Source: an uncultured Staphylococcaceae bacterium (GTDB taxonomy: Bacteria > Bacillota_I > Bacilli_A > RFN20 > CAG-826). From it: 64,000 nt of DNA. The notes beneath the pieces are model-generated. The model did no database searches. It was not told the origin of the DNA and saw only the letters and a list, made by a program, of their open reading frames with translations. Made by a program: the position numbers and the translations under genes. This document shows positions 17,448-27,909 of the stretch, in pieces. Within the stretch, counting starts at the first letter, position 1, and every line of letters begins with the position of its first letter. The stretch covers positions 2,578-66,577 of the forward strand of contig CAYJLA010000003.1 of NCBI GenBank assembly GCA_964371305.1. Reading direction: 5' to 3'.

Positions 17448-18332
17448 ATGAAGCATAAACACATTGAGTTCACTAAACATGTAGAAGGATTAATATGTCC
17501 ATCAGACATTGCAACCACTACAATTAACGCCAAGAAACTTGCTAAATTACCTAAATGGTTACAAAACATTATTATAAGTAAACATACAAAAAGAGATGTG
17601 TTTATGGGATTTGTTGTTGAACCCTATAGCGTATTTTTTAGTTATGAAATAACGGAAGAAATGGTAAAAGAACAGTTGCCAGATAATTATGAACTTGTGC
17701 CAATATCCTTATTTGAAAATACAAAGCCATTTAAGTGTGCAGTACTTGGTTGTTTTACTGCCAAAACGAGCGTTTTTTCTGGTATAAGATATGAATTGTA
17801 TATAATTGCAAGGAACAAAAAAACAGGTCTTGTTTCGTGGATTATATGTGACTACGAATCTAATACTCATAATTACGATCCGGATAATGGATTCAAAAAT
17901 GAAACAATTAGCAAAGCCGTTTTAACAACAACTTTTAAAAAAGAAATAATTTGTTATGTGCATAATGAAGGAAGTAACAATATAATTGACTTTTGCGTAG
18001 ACTTTAAAGAATATATAGAAGATAACTTGAATCAGACATTGTGGATTGAAGGTAATTTATCTGTTGATTATGCTGGAAAATTAGGAAACAAAAAAGGTGA
18101 CCCTTTCGGTTTGATATTTCACCCATCTGAGATGGAAAAAGCTTTTCGAATTAAAAATGAGTCGCTATGTATAAATAAACTAAATTTTGGTTTTATAAAC
18201 GATAGTATGCAAATTAAAGAAATATGTTTTTTCCCGCATGCACAACATTATTTGACTACTGTTTTCCCATCTAGTCATAAAATGAGAAATAAAAAATCTC
18301 TTCATAGAGAAATAGATCAAATAATTAGTTAA
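17448..18332 (+). CDS. hypothetical cytoplasmic protein (294 aa)
   Basis: Long clean ORF preceded by the RBS GGGGGAAG. No motif recognised. Confidence 0.5.
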   Translation: MKHKHIEFTKHVEGLICPSDIATTTINAKKLAKLPKWLQNIIISKHTKRDVFMGFVVEPYSVFFSYEITEEMVKEQLPDNYELVPISLFENTKPFKCAVLGCFTAKTSVFSGIRYELYIIARNKKTGLVSWIICDYESNTHNYDPDNGFKNETISKAVLTTTFKKEIICYVHNEGSNNIIDFCVDFKEYIEDNLNQTLWIEGNLSVDYAGKLGNKKGDPFGLIFHPSEMEKAFRIKNESLCINKLNFGFINDSMQIKEICFFPHAQHYLTTVFPSSHKMRNKKSLHREIDQIIS

Positions 18333-18430
18333 TATTTATAGCTGATTATCTAATAAAATATATAAAACTATTTCGCTTGCATTTAATTATTTTTGGTATA
18401 TCATTTATTTGTTTATTAAGGAGCATTTAT

Positions 18431-21028
18431 ATGAAGTATAAATATATAACAAACGAAGTAGACTTAAAAGAGCAACTAGATTTAACTAGATCAGCACAAG
18501 AAAAGTACGCAACTTTTAGTCAAAATCAAGTTGATAAAATATTCCTGGCTGCTTCGATTGCTGCCAATAAGGCTAGAATTAAATTAGCTAGATTAGCAGT
18601 AGAAGAAACTGGCATGGGAGTGTTAGAAGATAAAGTCATAAAGAATCATTATGCATCTGAATATATTTATAATGCATACAAAAACTCAATTACTTGTGGT
18701 GAGTTCGAATCAAATGAACATAGTGGAGTCAGAAAGTATTATGAACCGCTTGGACTGATTGCTGCAGTTATTCCTACAACTAATCCAACCTCAACGGCAA
18801 TCTTCAAAGCTTTGTTAGCCTTAAAGACTAGAAATGCCATTGTATTTTCTCCACACCCAAGAGCTAAAAAATCGACAATTGCTGCTGCTAAAATAATACT
18901 TGAAGCAGCTATAGAAGCAGGTGCACCTGAACATATTATTACTTGGATAGATGAACCATCACTCGTGTTATCGCAAATGGTTATGAAAGAATCAGATACT
19001 ATATTAGCTACTGGTGGTCCTGGTATGGTAAAGTCAGCATATTCTTCAGGTAAACCGGCAATTGGTGTTGGAGCCGGCAATGTTCCTGCCCTAATCGATA
19101 AAAGTGCTGATATAAAAATGTCTGTGTCATCTATCTTGATATCTAAAACATTTGATAATGGTATGATTTGCGCAAGCGAACAATCTGTTTTAGTTGATAA
19201 AGAAATTTATAATGAAGTGAAAGAGGAATTTGTTTTGCGCGGTGCATACATTTTGAAACCTAGTGAGATGAATGCATTAAGAAAAGTTATTTTAGTAAAT
19301 GGAAAATTGAATTCTAAAATTGTTGGGCAAACAGCATGCGACATTGCAAGAATGGCAAATATTACAGTTGATAAAAATACAAAAGTACTGATTGGTGAAG
19401 TAACATCGGTTGAATTATCGGAGCCTTTTGCACATGAAAAATTAAGTCCTATACTTGCCATGTATAAAACTGACTCTTTTGATGACGCTTTAGAAAAAAG
19501 TGAAAAATTGATATTAGATGGTGGCATTGGTCACACCGCCTCAATTTATATTAATACAAAAAGTGAAAGAGAAAAGTTACTTTCTTATGAACAAAGAATG
19601 AAAGCTTGTAGAATAGTCGTTAATACACCGTCATCACATGGCGGCATAGGTGACTTATATAATTTTAAGTTGCTGCCTTCATTAACACTTGGATGTGGTT
19701 CATGGGGAAACAATAGTGTAAGTGAAAATGTTGGAGTTAAACATTTATTAAATATTAAAACAGTAGTAGAAAGGCGAGAAAATATGTTATGGTTTAGAGC
19801 ACCTAGTAAGGTATATTTTAAAAGAGGAAGTGTTGATGTAGCATTACATGAGTTAAAAGACACATTGAATAAAAAAAGAGCATTTATTGTTACTGATAAT
19901 TATTTATATGAAAGTAAAATGATTGATTGTGTTACATCTAAATTAAAAGAGTTAAACATTGAGTATTCTATATTTTTTAATGTTGAACCTGACCCTACAT
20001 TAGGGTGTGCAAATGAAGGCGCTAAACTTATGCAAGAATTTAAACCCGATGTTATAATTGCTTTTGGTGGTGGTTCTCCAATTGACGCTGCTAAAATAAT
20101 GTGGACTTTATATGAACATCCAAACTCAAAGTTTGAAGATTTAGCAATGAGATTTATGGATATCAGAAAACGTATATCTCCATTTCCTAAGCTAGGTTCA
20201 AAAGCATATTTTATTGCTATTCCAACTACAGCGGGCACAGGTAGTGAAGTTACACCATTTGCAGTCATTACTGATGAAAAAACTGGAAGTAAATATCCTT
20301 TAGCTGATTATGAATTGATGCCAAACATGGCAATTATTGATGCTAATTTAATGATGAATATGCCAAAAGAACTTACAGCAGCATCAGGAATTGATGCACT
20401 TACTCACGCCTTTGAAGCTATAGCGTCAGTATTATCTAGCGAGTACACAAATGCACTTGCTAAAGAAGCAATCATAAATATTTTTAAATACTTACCAAGG
20501 GCATATAAAGACGGCGCAAACGATGAGGAAGCAAGAGAAAAGATGGCTAATGCAGCCACATTAGCTGGTATGGCTTTTGCAAATGCATTCTTAGGTGTTG
20601 GTCATTCTATGGCACACAAGTTAGGTGCTTATCATAAGATACCTCATGGCGTAGCAAATGCACTCATGCTTAAGCAAGTTATTAGATTTAATTCGGCAGA
20701 AAATCCTGTTAAAATTGCTGCATTTTCGCAGTACAAATATCCTCAAATTCAAGAAAGATATGTGGAAATTGCACGTATTTTAGGAATTGATGGCGGTGAA
20801 AATGAAAAAACAATCGGATTATTAATTGATGCACTTGAGGGTTTAAATGCTAAACTCGGCATTTCAAAATCAATCAAAGATTACGGAATTAAAGAAGTAG
20901 AATTTTTAGATAAACTTGATGCAATGGCATTAGAAGCATTTGATGATCAGTGTACAGGTGCCAACCCTCGCTATCCATTAATTGAAGAAATTAAACAAAT
21001 GTATTTGAACGCATATTATGGAAAGTAA
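18431..21028 (+). CDS. adhE: bifunctional acetaldehyde-CoA/alcohol dehydrogenase
   Basis: Aldehyde dehydrogenase half (cysteine motif DNGMICASEQS) plus iron-type ADH half (GGGSPIDAAK, GVGHSMAHKLG). RBS AAGGAG lies 7 nt upstream of the ATG at 18431. The ORF-track start 18377 is an upstream in-frame extension. Confidence 0.9.
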   Translation: MKYKYITNEVDLKEQLDLTRSAQEKYATFSQNQVDKIFLAASIAANKARIKLARLAVEETGMGVLEDKVIKNHYASEYIYNAYKNSITCGEFESNEHSGVRKYYEPLGLIAAVIPTTNPTSTAIFKALLALKTRNAIVFSPHPRAKKSTIAAAKIILEAAIEAGAPEHIITWIDEPSLVLSQMVMKESDTILATGGPGMVKSAYSSGKPAIGVGAGNVPALIDKSADIKMSVSSILISKTFDNGMICASEQSVLVDKEIYNEVKEEFVLRGAYILKPSEMNALRKVILVNGKLNSKIVGQTACDIARMANITVDKNTKVLIGEVTSVELSEPFAHEKLSPILAMYKTDSFDDALEKSEKLILDGGIGHTASIYINTKSEREKLLSYEQRMKACRIVVNTPSSHGGIGDLYNFKLLPSLTLGCGSWGNNSVSENVGVKHLLNIKTVVERRENMLWFRAPSKVYFKRGSVDVALHELKDTLNKKRAFIVTDNYLYESKMIDCVTSKLKELNIEYSIFFNVEPDPTLGCANEGAKLMQEFKPDVIIAFGGGSPIDAAKIMWTLYEHPNSKFEDLAMRFMDIRKRISPFPKLGSKAYFIAIPTTAGTGSEVTPFAVITDEKTGSKYPLADYELMPNMAIIDANLMMNMPKELTAASGIDALTHAFEAIASVLSSEYTNALAKEAIINIFKYLPRAYKDGANDEEAREKMANAATLAGMAFANAFLGVGHSMAHKLGAYHKIPHGVANALMLKQVIRFNSAENPVKIAAFSQYKYPQIQERYVEIARILGIDGGENEKTIGLLIDALEGLNAKLGISKSIKDYGIKEVEFLDKLDAMALEAFDDQCTGANPRYPLIEEIKQMYLNAYYGK

Positions 21029-21030
21029 TA

Positions 21031-21816
21031 ATGTTTAAAAAAAGAAATGTTGATTATTTAGAATTGCCCTGCGAATACTTAAATACTAGAAGGGTAATTC
21101 GTGTTTTAAAACCGTTGAATTATAATATAAGAAAAAAATATCCAGTTCTCTACATTCATGATGGTCAAAATCTGTTATCTTTTGATCATACATCTATATC
21201 TGGTAAATCTTGGGAAATAGATAAACACCTAAAACATTGTATTATTGTTTGCATAGACAACTTAGAACAAAAAAGAATCAATGAGTTTATTCCATTCACT
21301 TTAAATTACAATGTCTTAAAGTTCTATGCTCATTATAGTAATGCATCTAGCGAGAAGATGTATGGGGATGCTTATGCAGATTTCGTTGTTAAACAATTAA
21401 AACCTATCATAGATAAACAATATTCAACATTATCTGATTTTGAGAATACTTTCATTGTTGGATCTTCATTAGGTGCAGTAATAAGTTTATATATAGTGTC
21501 AAAGTATCCTAATATTTTCTCAGGAATTGGCTTATTTTCTATTGCATCTCATTTTTTAAACAAAGATTATTTTGATTATATTTTAAGTAAACAGTTAAAC
21601 AATGATTCGAAATATTATTTAAGTGTTGGTACTAAAGAAGGTTTCAGTGATGATTTATTGTCAAACGCTTATTTAAATAATTTTAATGATATTTTTAAAA
21701 TACTTACGAGCAAAGAGTTAAACGTATATAGCAAAATATTTCCTGGTGCAGTCCATAACGAACACGAATGGAAGAAACAATTTAAATGTTTTATGAAATT
21801 TGTTATGTTAAAATAA
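21031..21816 (+). CDS. alpha/beta-hydrolase putative esterase (esterase D/enterochelin-esterase-like)
   Basis: GSSLGA nucleophile-elbow motif and YIHDGQN typical of the putative-esterase family. Confidence 0.65.
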   Translation: MFKKRNVDYLELPCEYLNTRRVIRVLKPLNYNIRKKYPVLYIHDGQNLLSFDHTSISGKSWEIDKHLKHCIIVCIDNLEQKRINEFIPFTLNYNVLKFYAHYSNASSEKMYGDAYADFVVKQLKPIIDKQYSTLSDFENTFIVGSSLGAVISLYIVSKYPNIFSGIGLFSIASHFLNKDYFDYILSKQLNNDSKYYLSVGTKEGFSDDLLSNAYLNNFNDIFKILTSKELNVYSKIFPGAVHNEHEWKKQFKCFMKFVMLK

Positions 21817-21820
21817 AAAT

Positions 21821-22270
21821 ATGAAAACAAGCACTTTTAAAAATTCATGTGGTTTAATTAAAATCACATATAACGATGACGTATTATACAAAATTGAACT
21901 AGTTGAAAACGAAGATATTACAACTGAAGATAATTTTACTAAGCAAGTAAAAAACGAACTTAATGAATATCTTCAAGGTAAGAGACAATCTTTTACAATT
22001 AATTACAAACTGATTGGTACTGAGTTTCAAAACAAAGTTTGGGACGCACTTAAAACAATACCATATGGAGAAACAAGAACTTATAAAGAAGTTGCGATTA
22101 TGATAGGTAACCCAAAAGCTTGTAGAGCTGTCGGAAATGCCAACAACAAAAATCCAATTCCACTTATCGTTCCATGCCATAGAGTCATTGGATCAAATTC
22201 TAGTTTAGTCGGTTATGCACTTGGCCTTGAATTAAAAGAAACATTACTAAATTTAGAAAAAGATAAATAA
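21821..22270 (+). CDS. ogt: methylated-DNA--protein-cysteine methyltransferase
   Basis: Active-site PCHRVIGSN motif. Confidence 0.85.
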   Translation: MKTSTFKNSCGLIKITYNDDVLYKIELVENEDITTEDNFTKQVKNELNEYLQGKRQSFTINYKLIGTEFQNKVWDALKTIPYGETRTYKEVAIMIGNPKACRAVGNANNKNPIPLIVPCHRVIGSNSSLVGYALGLELKETLLNLEKDK

Positions 22271-22279
22271 GGTTTAAAC

Positions 22280-23449
22280 ATGAGTGAAATCACTAATAAC
22301 GTCAATATAGAAAAAACAACAAAAAACAAAAAGAAGAAGGTTTTATTTATTACTATAGTCACTTTATCGTCTATCATTGGCGTATTACTAAGTACTGTCG
22401 GTGGCTATTTGATTTATGTTAGCGCACAATATTATCGAATCAAAGACAATCTTGATTTAACAAACGAAATACAAAGAAGTGATGAAACTTTGTCTAGTGA
22501 AAATATAACTGGCGCAGATGTGCTAAGCATAATGACTTACAATGTAGGTTTTGGTGCATACTCGCATGAATTTTCTTTTTTCATGGATAGTGGTGAAGAT
22601 GAAAACGGCAATACAATTTCAGGAAAATATGGGACCGCTATCTCTAAGGATGATGTTGAGAAAAATCTAAACGGCACAATATCACAAATTAATTCAATTT
22701 CACCAGATTTTTTACTTTTACAAGAAGTTGACGAACCATCTACACGTTCTAAAGGTGTGAATATGTTAAATGCATATGAAAAGAATTTTGATACATATGA
22801 TAGTTCTTATGCGGTAAATTTCCATTCATCTTTCTTAATGTATCCAATTTTAGATCCACATGGAAGCGCTAATAGCGGAATCGCATCTTTTTCTAAGTAT
22901 GAAATGGAATCTGCACTTAGAAGATCTTTTCCAGTTGATTCTTCTTGGCCTAGTAAATTTTTCGATTTAGATAGATGTTTTTCAATTATGAAATATCCTC
23001 TTCAAAATGATAAGCACCTAACAGTTATTAATATACATATGTCAGCATATGATTCTGGTGGAACAATTCGAAAAGAGCAAGTCGCAATGTTAAATGAAGT
23101 TTTAAAAACTGAAAATTCCTTAGGGAATTATGTAGTTGCTGGTGGGGATTTCAATCACGATATTACAGAAATGGAAAATCCATTTCCGACAAAACAACCA
23201 AAGCCTGAATGGGTATTTGAATTAGGGAATAACGATCTGACTGATGGCTATTCTTTCGTACAAACAAATAATGCACCAACTTGTAGATCTACCGACGCAC
23301 CTTATACAAAAGGATTTAATTATGCTGTTGTTGTTGATGGTTTTATAGTCAGCGATAATATTGATGTAAAAAAGGTTGAGAATCTAGACTACGATTTTAT
23401 GTACTCCGATCACAACCCTGTTTTATTAGAATTTTCTTTAAACTTATAG
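22280..23449 (+). CDS. membrane-anchored endonuclease/exonuclease/phosphatase (EEP) family protein
   Basis: N-terminal TM helix (VLFITIVTLSSIIGVLLSTVGGYLIYV). EEP catalytic signatures LLLQEVDE, GGDFNHD and SDHNPV. Confidence 0.65.
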   Translation: MSEITNNVNIEKTTKNKKKKVLFITIVTLSSIIGVLLSTVGGYLIYVSAQYYRIKDNLDLTNEIQRSDETLSSENITGADVLSIMTYNVGFGAYSHEFSFFMDSGEDENGNTISGKYGTAISKDDVEKNLNGTISQINSISPDFLLLQEVDEPSTRSKGVNMLNAYEKNFDTYDSSYAVNFHSSFLMYPILDPHGSANSGIASFSKYEMESALRRSFPVDSSWPSKFFDLDRCFSIMKYPLQNDKHLTVINIHMSAYDSGGTIRKEQVAMLNEVLKTENSLGNYVVAGGDFNHDITEMENPFPTKQPKPEWVFELGNNDLTDGYSFVQTNNAPTCRSTDAPYTKGFNYAVVVDGFIVSDNIDVKKVENLDYDFMYSDHNPVLLEFSLNL

Positions 23450-23791
23450 TGCTTTTTGAAGCAGTGTTCTAGCATCTTCAAGTGAAATTTGTTTTCCTGC
23501 ACTAAGTAATTTGTTGTTTACAACTAATGCTGGAGTTGACATAATTCCGGCTTTAGCTATTTCTAAAGTATCTCCAATATTTAATACTTCAGTATCTAGT
23601 CCTAACTCTTTAGCAGCTAATTTGACGTTTTCAAATGTTTCTGTGCTCTTTTTACAACAAGAACCATAAACTATAATTGTTACATCCCCTTCAATAACCG
23701 TTTTTGTTTCTACAGTTTTACTTCCGCAACCGCATCCACATACACATGATTTTTCTTCTACTTTCTTCTTTTTAAAATTAAATAATCCCAT
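23444..23791 (-). CDS. thioredoxin-fold redox-active disulfide protein (TM0320/redox-active disulfide protein 2-like)
   Basis: 115 aa, with a Cys cluster CVCGCGCG and a GSCC redox motif. Confidence 0.6.
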   Translation of the reverse strand: MGLFNFKKKKVEEKSCVCGCGCGSKTVETKTVIEGDVTIIVYGSCCKKSTETFENVKLAAKELGLDTEVLNIGDTLEIAKAGIMSTPALVVNNKLLSAGKQISLEDARTLLQKAL

Positions 23792-23813
23792 AACTTTCTC
23801 CTTTCGCTATTAT

Positions 23814-24839
23814 TTATTGAATAAATGGTTGGATTGCATTAAACACATATCCAATTATTACTATCCCCACGGTACATACGCCAATGAATGTTAATAATAA
23901 TTTCCATTTTACTACTTTTTTAAGCATAATCAATGAAGGAAGTGATAAAGTTGTAACTGCCATCATCAAAGATAATACTGCTCCAAGAGCAGCGCCCTTT
24001 GCAAATAGTGCCTCTGCGATTGGCAGAACACCGAATATATCAGAATATATTGGTATACCAAATACGGTTGCAATTAAGACGTTAGCCGGATTCTCAGGCC
24101 CTAATACTCCAGATATAATATCTGCTGGTACCTGATTATGAATAAGCGCTCCTATACCGACACCAATTAATATATATGGTATTACTTTTTTGAAAGTTGA
24201 CCATACTTGATCAAGAGAGTATTTCAAACGATCTTTTTGCGTTAAATCAGGTGACTCTACATCAACTGAACTAATTCCAAGAATATCTTCTGCAATGTAT
24301 TTTTCCATACCTAATTTTTCAATTAATGTACCTCCAAGCACAGCTATTACCAAACCAACAACAACATATATTGCTGCAACTTTGATTCCGAATACAGATG
24401 CTATGAAAGTGACGCTAGCTAAGTCTACCATTGGAGAAGAAATTAAGAAAGAGAAGGTAACTCCTATAGGTACTTTTGCAGATGTAAATCCTATAAAAAG
24501 AGGTATAGAAGAACAGGAACAAAATGGTGTAATAGTGCCCAATAATGCACCAATAATATTAGCCCAAATCCCTCTAAACTTACCTAATATTTTCTTACTT
24601 CTTTCTGGTGGAAAGTAGCTTTGTATATATGATATTACAAATATTAAAATACATAATAGTACTACAATTTTTATTACATCATATATAAAAAATTGTAAAC
24701 TAGCAATCCAACTATTATTTAAATCGGCTCCCATACTTGACAAAGCTAGTCCGATGACATCGTTAAGCCATTTCATTCCAAGAATCTGTTCTTGAAAAAA
24801 ATCCATATAATATTCAATGTCTCCATTTTTGTCCTCCAA
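23814..24839 (-). CDS. DUF318/ArsP-like permease
   Basis: 8-10 TM helices with the TPFCSCSSIPLF motif diagnostic of the YraQ/ArsP permease family. Confidence 0.7.
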   Translation of the reverse strand: MEDKNGDIEYYMDFFQEQILGMKWLNDVIGLALSSMGADLNNSWIASLQFFIYDVIKIVVLLCILIFVISYIQSYFPPERSKKILGKFRGIWANIIGALLGTITPFCSCSSIPLFIGFTSAKVPIGVTFSFLISSPMVDLASVTFIASVFGIKVAAIYVVVGLVIAVLGGTLIEKLGMEKYIAEDILGISSVDVESPDLTQKDRLKYSLDQVWSTFKKVIPYILIGVGIGALIHNQVPADIISGVLGPENPANVLIATVFGIPIYSDIFGVLPIAEALFAKGAALGAVLSLMMAVTTLSLPSLIMLKKVVKWKLLLTFIGVCTVGIVIIGYVFNAIQPFIQ

Positions 24840-24867
24840 TTGAATTTATTTTATTTGATAATCATAA

Positions 24868-25137
24868 TTATATTGATAAGTCGATTAAATATTTTATCAA
24901 TTCTTTATAATTAGTTATGGCTATTGAATAGTATGTCCACTTACCATCATTTCTACATTTTATAAGTTTAGCATCGCATAGTATCTTTATATGATAAGAT
25001 ACTGCCGGCTGCTTTATTTTCAAAGCATCAGTAAGATCGCATACACAGTATTCTTTTTCTTTAATTAGTTCTAAGATATTTAACCTAATTTCATCTCCAA
25101 GAGCTTTGAATTTTAGTGCTGTTTCTAAATTGTTCAT
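24868..25137 (-). CDS. ArsR/SmtB-family metalloregulator
   Basis: 89 aa, with a winged HTH and a CVCDL metal/metalloid-sensing motif. Confidence 0.8.
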   Translation of the reverse strand: MNNLETALKFKALGDEIRLNILELIKEKEYCVCDLTDALKIKQPAVSYHIKILCDAKLIKCRNDGKWTYYSIAITNYKELIKYLIDLSI

Positions 25138-25333
25138 ATTATTACCTCACAATTGTTATTATACATTCATATCAAGAAAAATCAATATGAAAATTAAAAT
25201 GATTTAAATTTGAATATTTTTCGTTATTTTTAACTCTATGATTACTACGATAAAGTACAGATTATGTAATAATATCAGTTGCCATTTTAGATTGGTTTAT
25301 TTATAATAAATCATAGTGGGAAAAAGTAAATTT

Positions 25334-25846
25334 ATGATAACAAAGAAAAGAACTGGATATTCAATAGCTGAATTGGTGATTGCCATTACAGCCGGATTAA
25401 TTGTTTCAGCCATGGTTGCGACATTTGCCGTTTCAGTTTCTTCTTTATCTGCAGAAAGAGCAATAAGTAATTTAAGAGCTTCTGAAATGGATAACGCCAT
25501 TGCTATGACTGAAGGTTGGTTGAATTATTATAGTAGACCAGACGTTTCTTTAAATATTGCTGAATCTCCATACAATGTCTCTCAAGGAACAACAACATTG
25601 TCGACAATGAACCATGTCTACAATGCAGAAACTGAAAAATTAGATTTGAGTTTTGATTACCCTGCTGATGCTGTTATTAGTACTAAAAGCAGCGAAACAT
25701 TTACATATATTTTAAGTGTTCATGTCACACGCTTTACTAATGTAAACGGAGTTGAATTCCCTAACACATTAGAAATTAATGTATTTGTTAGAGATTTTGC
25801 GCCTATTACAACATATTACAATTTTTACGGAATAATAAATTCGTAA
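25334..25846 (+). CDS. prepilin-type (class III signal) pseudopilin
   Basis: MITKKRTG|YSIAELVIAITAGLIV, with Gly at -1, Glu at +5 and a hydrophobic helix. The ORF-track start 25316 is probably an upstream extension. Confidence 0.6.
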   Translation: MITKKRTGYSIAELVIAITAGLIVSAMVATFAVSVSSLSAERAISNLRASEMDNAIAMTEGWLNYYSRPDVSLNIAESPYNVSQGTTTLSTMNHVYNAETEKLDLSFDYPADAVISTKSSETFTYILSVHVTRFTNVNGVEFPNTLEINVFVRDFAPITTYYNFYGIINS

Positions 25847-25871
25847 GTTAGCTAAAACTGGAGGAATATTT

Positions 25872-26924
25872 ATGATTATTAAGTTTGATTTAAGTAAAAG
25901 AAGAGTCGTGTTATTTTATGACAACAAAAAAGAAAAGAAAGAATTTGGCAATGATATTGCAGAAACAAACTATGAAGCTATTTTAACTTTCGCACTTCAC
26001 AAAGTTAGAACAAGCGATAGAGATGTGACTTTTGTTCTTGAAGACGATATGATTGGCGTAGATTATATTGAAAATCCAACTTTAAGTAGAGGTCGCGATA
26101 TGATGGACAATCTTAACGCAGATTTAAATAATTTGTACAAGAATTTAGGTGATTTGAGAATAAACAAACAAGTTTTGTCTTCGAATCGTACAAAAACAAT
26201 TTACAAAATTACTGTTATGAAAAAGTCTTTCGCAAACTTAATTACTAGAGTTGTTGAAAAACTTGGATATAATGTTAAGTCATTTATTTCTGCTACAGCA
26301 TTTGATACTGACTTGATTACCCTAAATACTAAACAGCTTGGAAAAGGACCTTATGTCTTAGTTAATGTTAAAAGAGATTCTACAGGTATAGCATTTCTTT
26401 ACAATACAGACATATTATTCTCCGCTAGACTTGATTACGGGACTAATATTTTATTCGAGGAAAGAATCGCTAGAAAATCTGAGATGAATCCATATTACAC
26501 ATCTTTAGGTATCGTTACTAGCTCGACATATATTGCTAAAAAAGGTTTAAGCAATGAGGAAGTAGAGGCTATTGCTCAAACTGCTTCTTACAAAGATGAA
26601 CCAGCGTTACCAAGATCATATTTCAACGAATCAGAAGCGCAACCAAGTGAAATCATTCAAGCCAACTTCCAAGTTATTTTAATGAACGTGTTGCAACTAC
26701 AAACCGAAATGGCGCAAAGATTCTCTGGTTTTGATTTCAGTAGATTAGTATTTGTATTTGCCGATGTTTTTGCAAATGATATTTCTAACGGTTTTACAAA
26801 CTTAAATGAAGCAAATTCATATTCATTTATTCCTTATTCTGATGTCTCAGTAGATAAGATCGTTTTAAGAAATGCATTTAAGTTTAGAGAATTAAGAATT
26901 AACTTCTGGGGAAAAATAAAATAG
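25872..26924 (+). CDS. cytoplasmic pilus-assembly protein, possibly PilM-like (actin-fold)
   Basis: 350 aa with no TM helix, at the position occupied by pilM/comGG-type accessory genes. Assignment is by context only. Confidence 0.35.
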   Translation: MIIKFDLSKRRVVLFYDNKKEKKEFGNDIAETNYEAILTFALHKVRTSDRDVTFVLEDDMIGVDYIENPTLSRGRDMMDNLNADLNNLYKNLGDLRINKQVLSSNRTKTIYKITVMKKSFANLITRVVEKLGYNVKSFISATAFDTDLITLNTKQLGKGPYVLVNVKRDSTGIAFLYNTDILFSARLDYGTNILFEERIARKSEMNPYYTSLGIVTSSTYIAKKGLSNEEVEAIAQTASYKDEPALPRSYFNESEAQPSEIIQANFQVILMNVLQLQTEMAQRFSGFDFSRLVFVFADVFANDISNGFTNLNEANSYSFIPYSDVSVDKIVLRNAFKFRELRINFWGKIK

Positions 26925-26926
26925 TT

Positions 26927-27379
26927 ATGCGCACTAAAAGAGGTTTTACATTAATTGAAGTTGTGATTTCACTATCTTTAGTGTTAATCATTTCTTTTGG
27001 CACGTTAGCCTCATTCATTTTAGCAGGATCAATTTCTGCTGAATCAGATGCTCAATATGTTCTTAACAATGAAATGAGAAGTATATCTAGATTTTATTTA
27101 AGTGACGATTTTGAAGAAAAAATGGATGCATATTTAGGGTTACAACCTGGCGGGTTTGGCACAACTACAATTAATGGTCAACTTATTGGAAATCCTGATG
27201 GAGTAACAGAATTATACTATACTGGCGAGTTTAGTTGCCAGCTCGCAAATACTGAAATCGTATTATATATCGTATACATGACTTTAAATTCAGTTGAAAA
27301 TAGTTTAAAAATGACTGCGCATATAAAAGAAGGCAATGAATTGCTAACGCAGCTTGACGAGGTAAAAAATGTTATTTAA
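26927..27379 (+). CDS. major prepilin/pseudopilin (ComGC/PilA-like)
   Basis: Canonical MRTKRG|FTLIEVVISLSLVLI N-terminal cleavage/methylation domain. Confidence 0.75.
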   Translation: MRTKRGFTLIEVVISLSLVLIISFGTLASFILAGSISAESDAQYVLNNEMRSISRFYLSDDFEEKMDAYLGLQPGGFGTTTINGQLIGNPDGVTELYYTGEFSCQLANTEIVLYIVYMTLNSVENSLKMTAHIKEGNELLTQLDEVKNVI

Positions 27380-27908
27380 GAAAAAAAGAAAAGGAATGGC
27401 TTTAGGAATAACTATGTTTATATCGGTTATTATATTTTCATTTGTCTCTTTAACATTATCTTATTCTCTAACACACACTTCGCAAGCTCGTATTTTAAGA
27501 GAAGAAATTAACCTTGAACTTGCTACTACACAAGTTATTGAAAAGGTTATATCTAATGAAATTACTACTAATAAGATTAACACAAGTTCTATTTATGAGT
27601 CTGCTCTTTATAAAGATCCAAATCATGCTACTAGAACATTCTCAATTTTTGTTTCTAAGAAATATGTATATTTGACACAACCAGCAGTTGCAATTGTTGT
27701 TGGTATTGGCTTTGATTTTAATAATCCAACATCAATTTTCGAGGAAAGACGTTCAATTTATGGAATGGCTGTACTTACTGCAAGTAGTTCAACTGCTTCG
27801 TATTATGCTGACTATACTTTATCAACAATGACTTTTTCAAATTTTTATATATACGAAAGTGGCGGTAATTTATTTACTTATGGGCCAGTACAATTAACAG
27901 GAGCATAA
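27369..27908 (+). CDS. minor pilin-like/pilus-assembly membrane protein
   Basis: One N-terminal TM helix after KKKRKG. It lacks the Glu+5 of canonical prepilins. Confidence 0.35.
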   Translation: MLFKKKRKGMALGITMFISVIIFSFVSLTLSYSLTHTSQARILREEINLELATTQVIEKVISNEITTNKINTSSIYESALYKDPNHATRTFSIFVSKKYVYLTQPAVAIVVGIGFDFNNPTSIFEERRSIYGMAVLTASSSTASYYADYTLSTMTFSNFYIYESGGNLFTYGPVQLTGA

Positions 27909-27909
27909 T

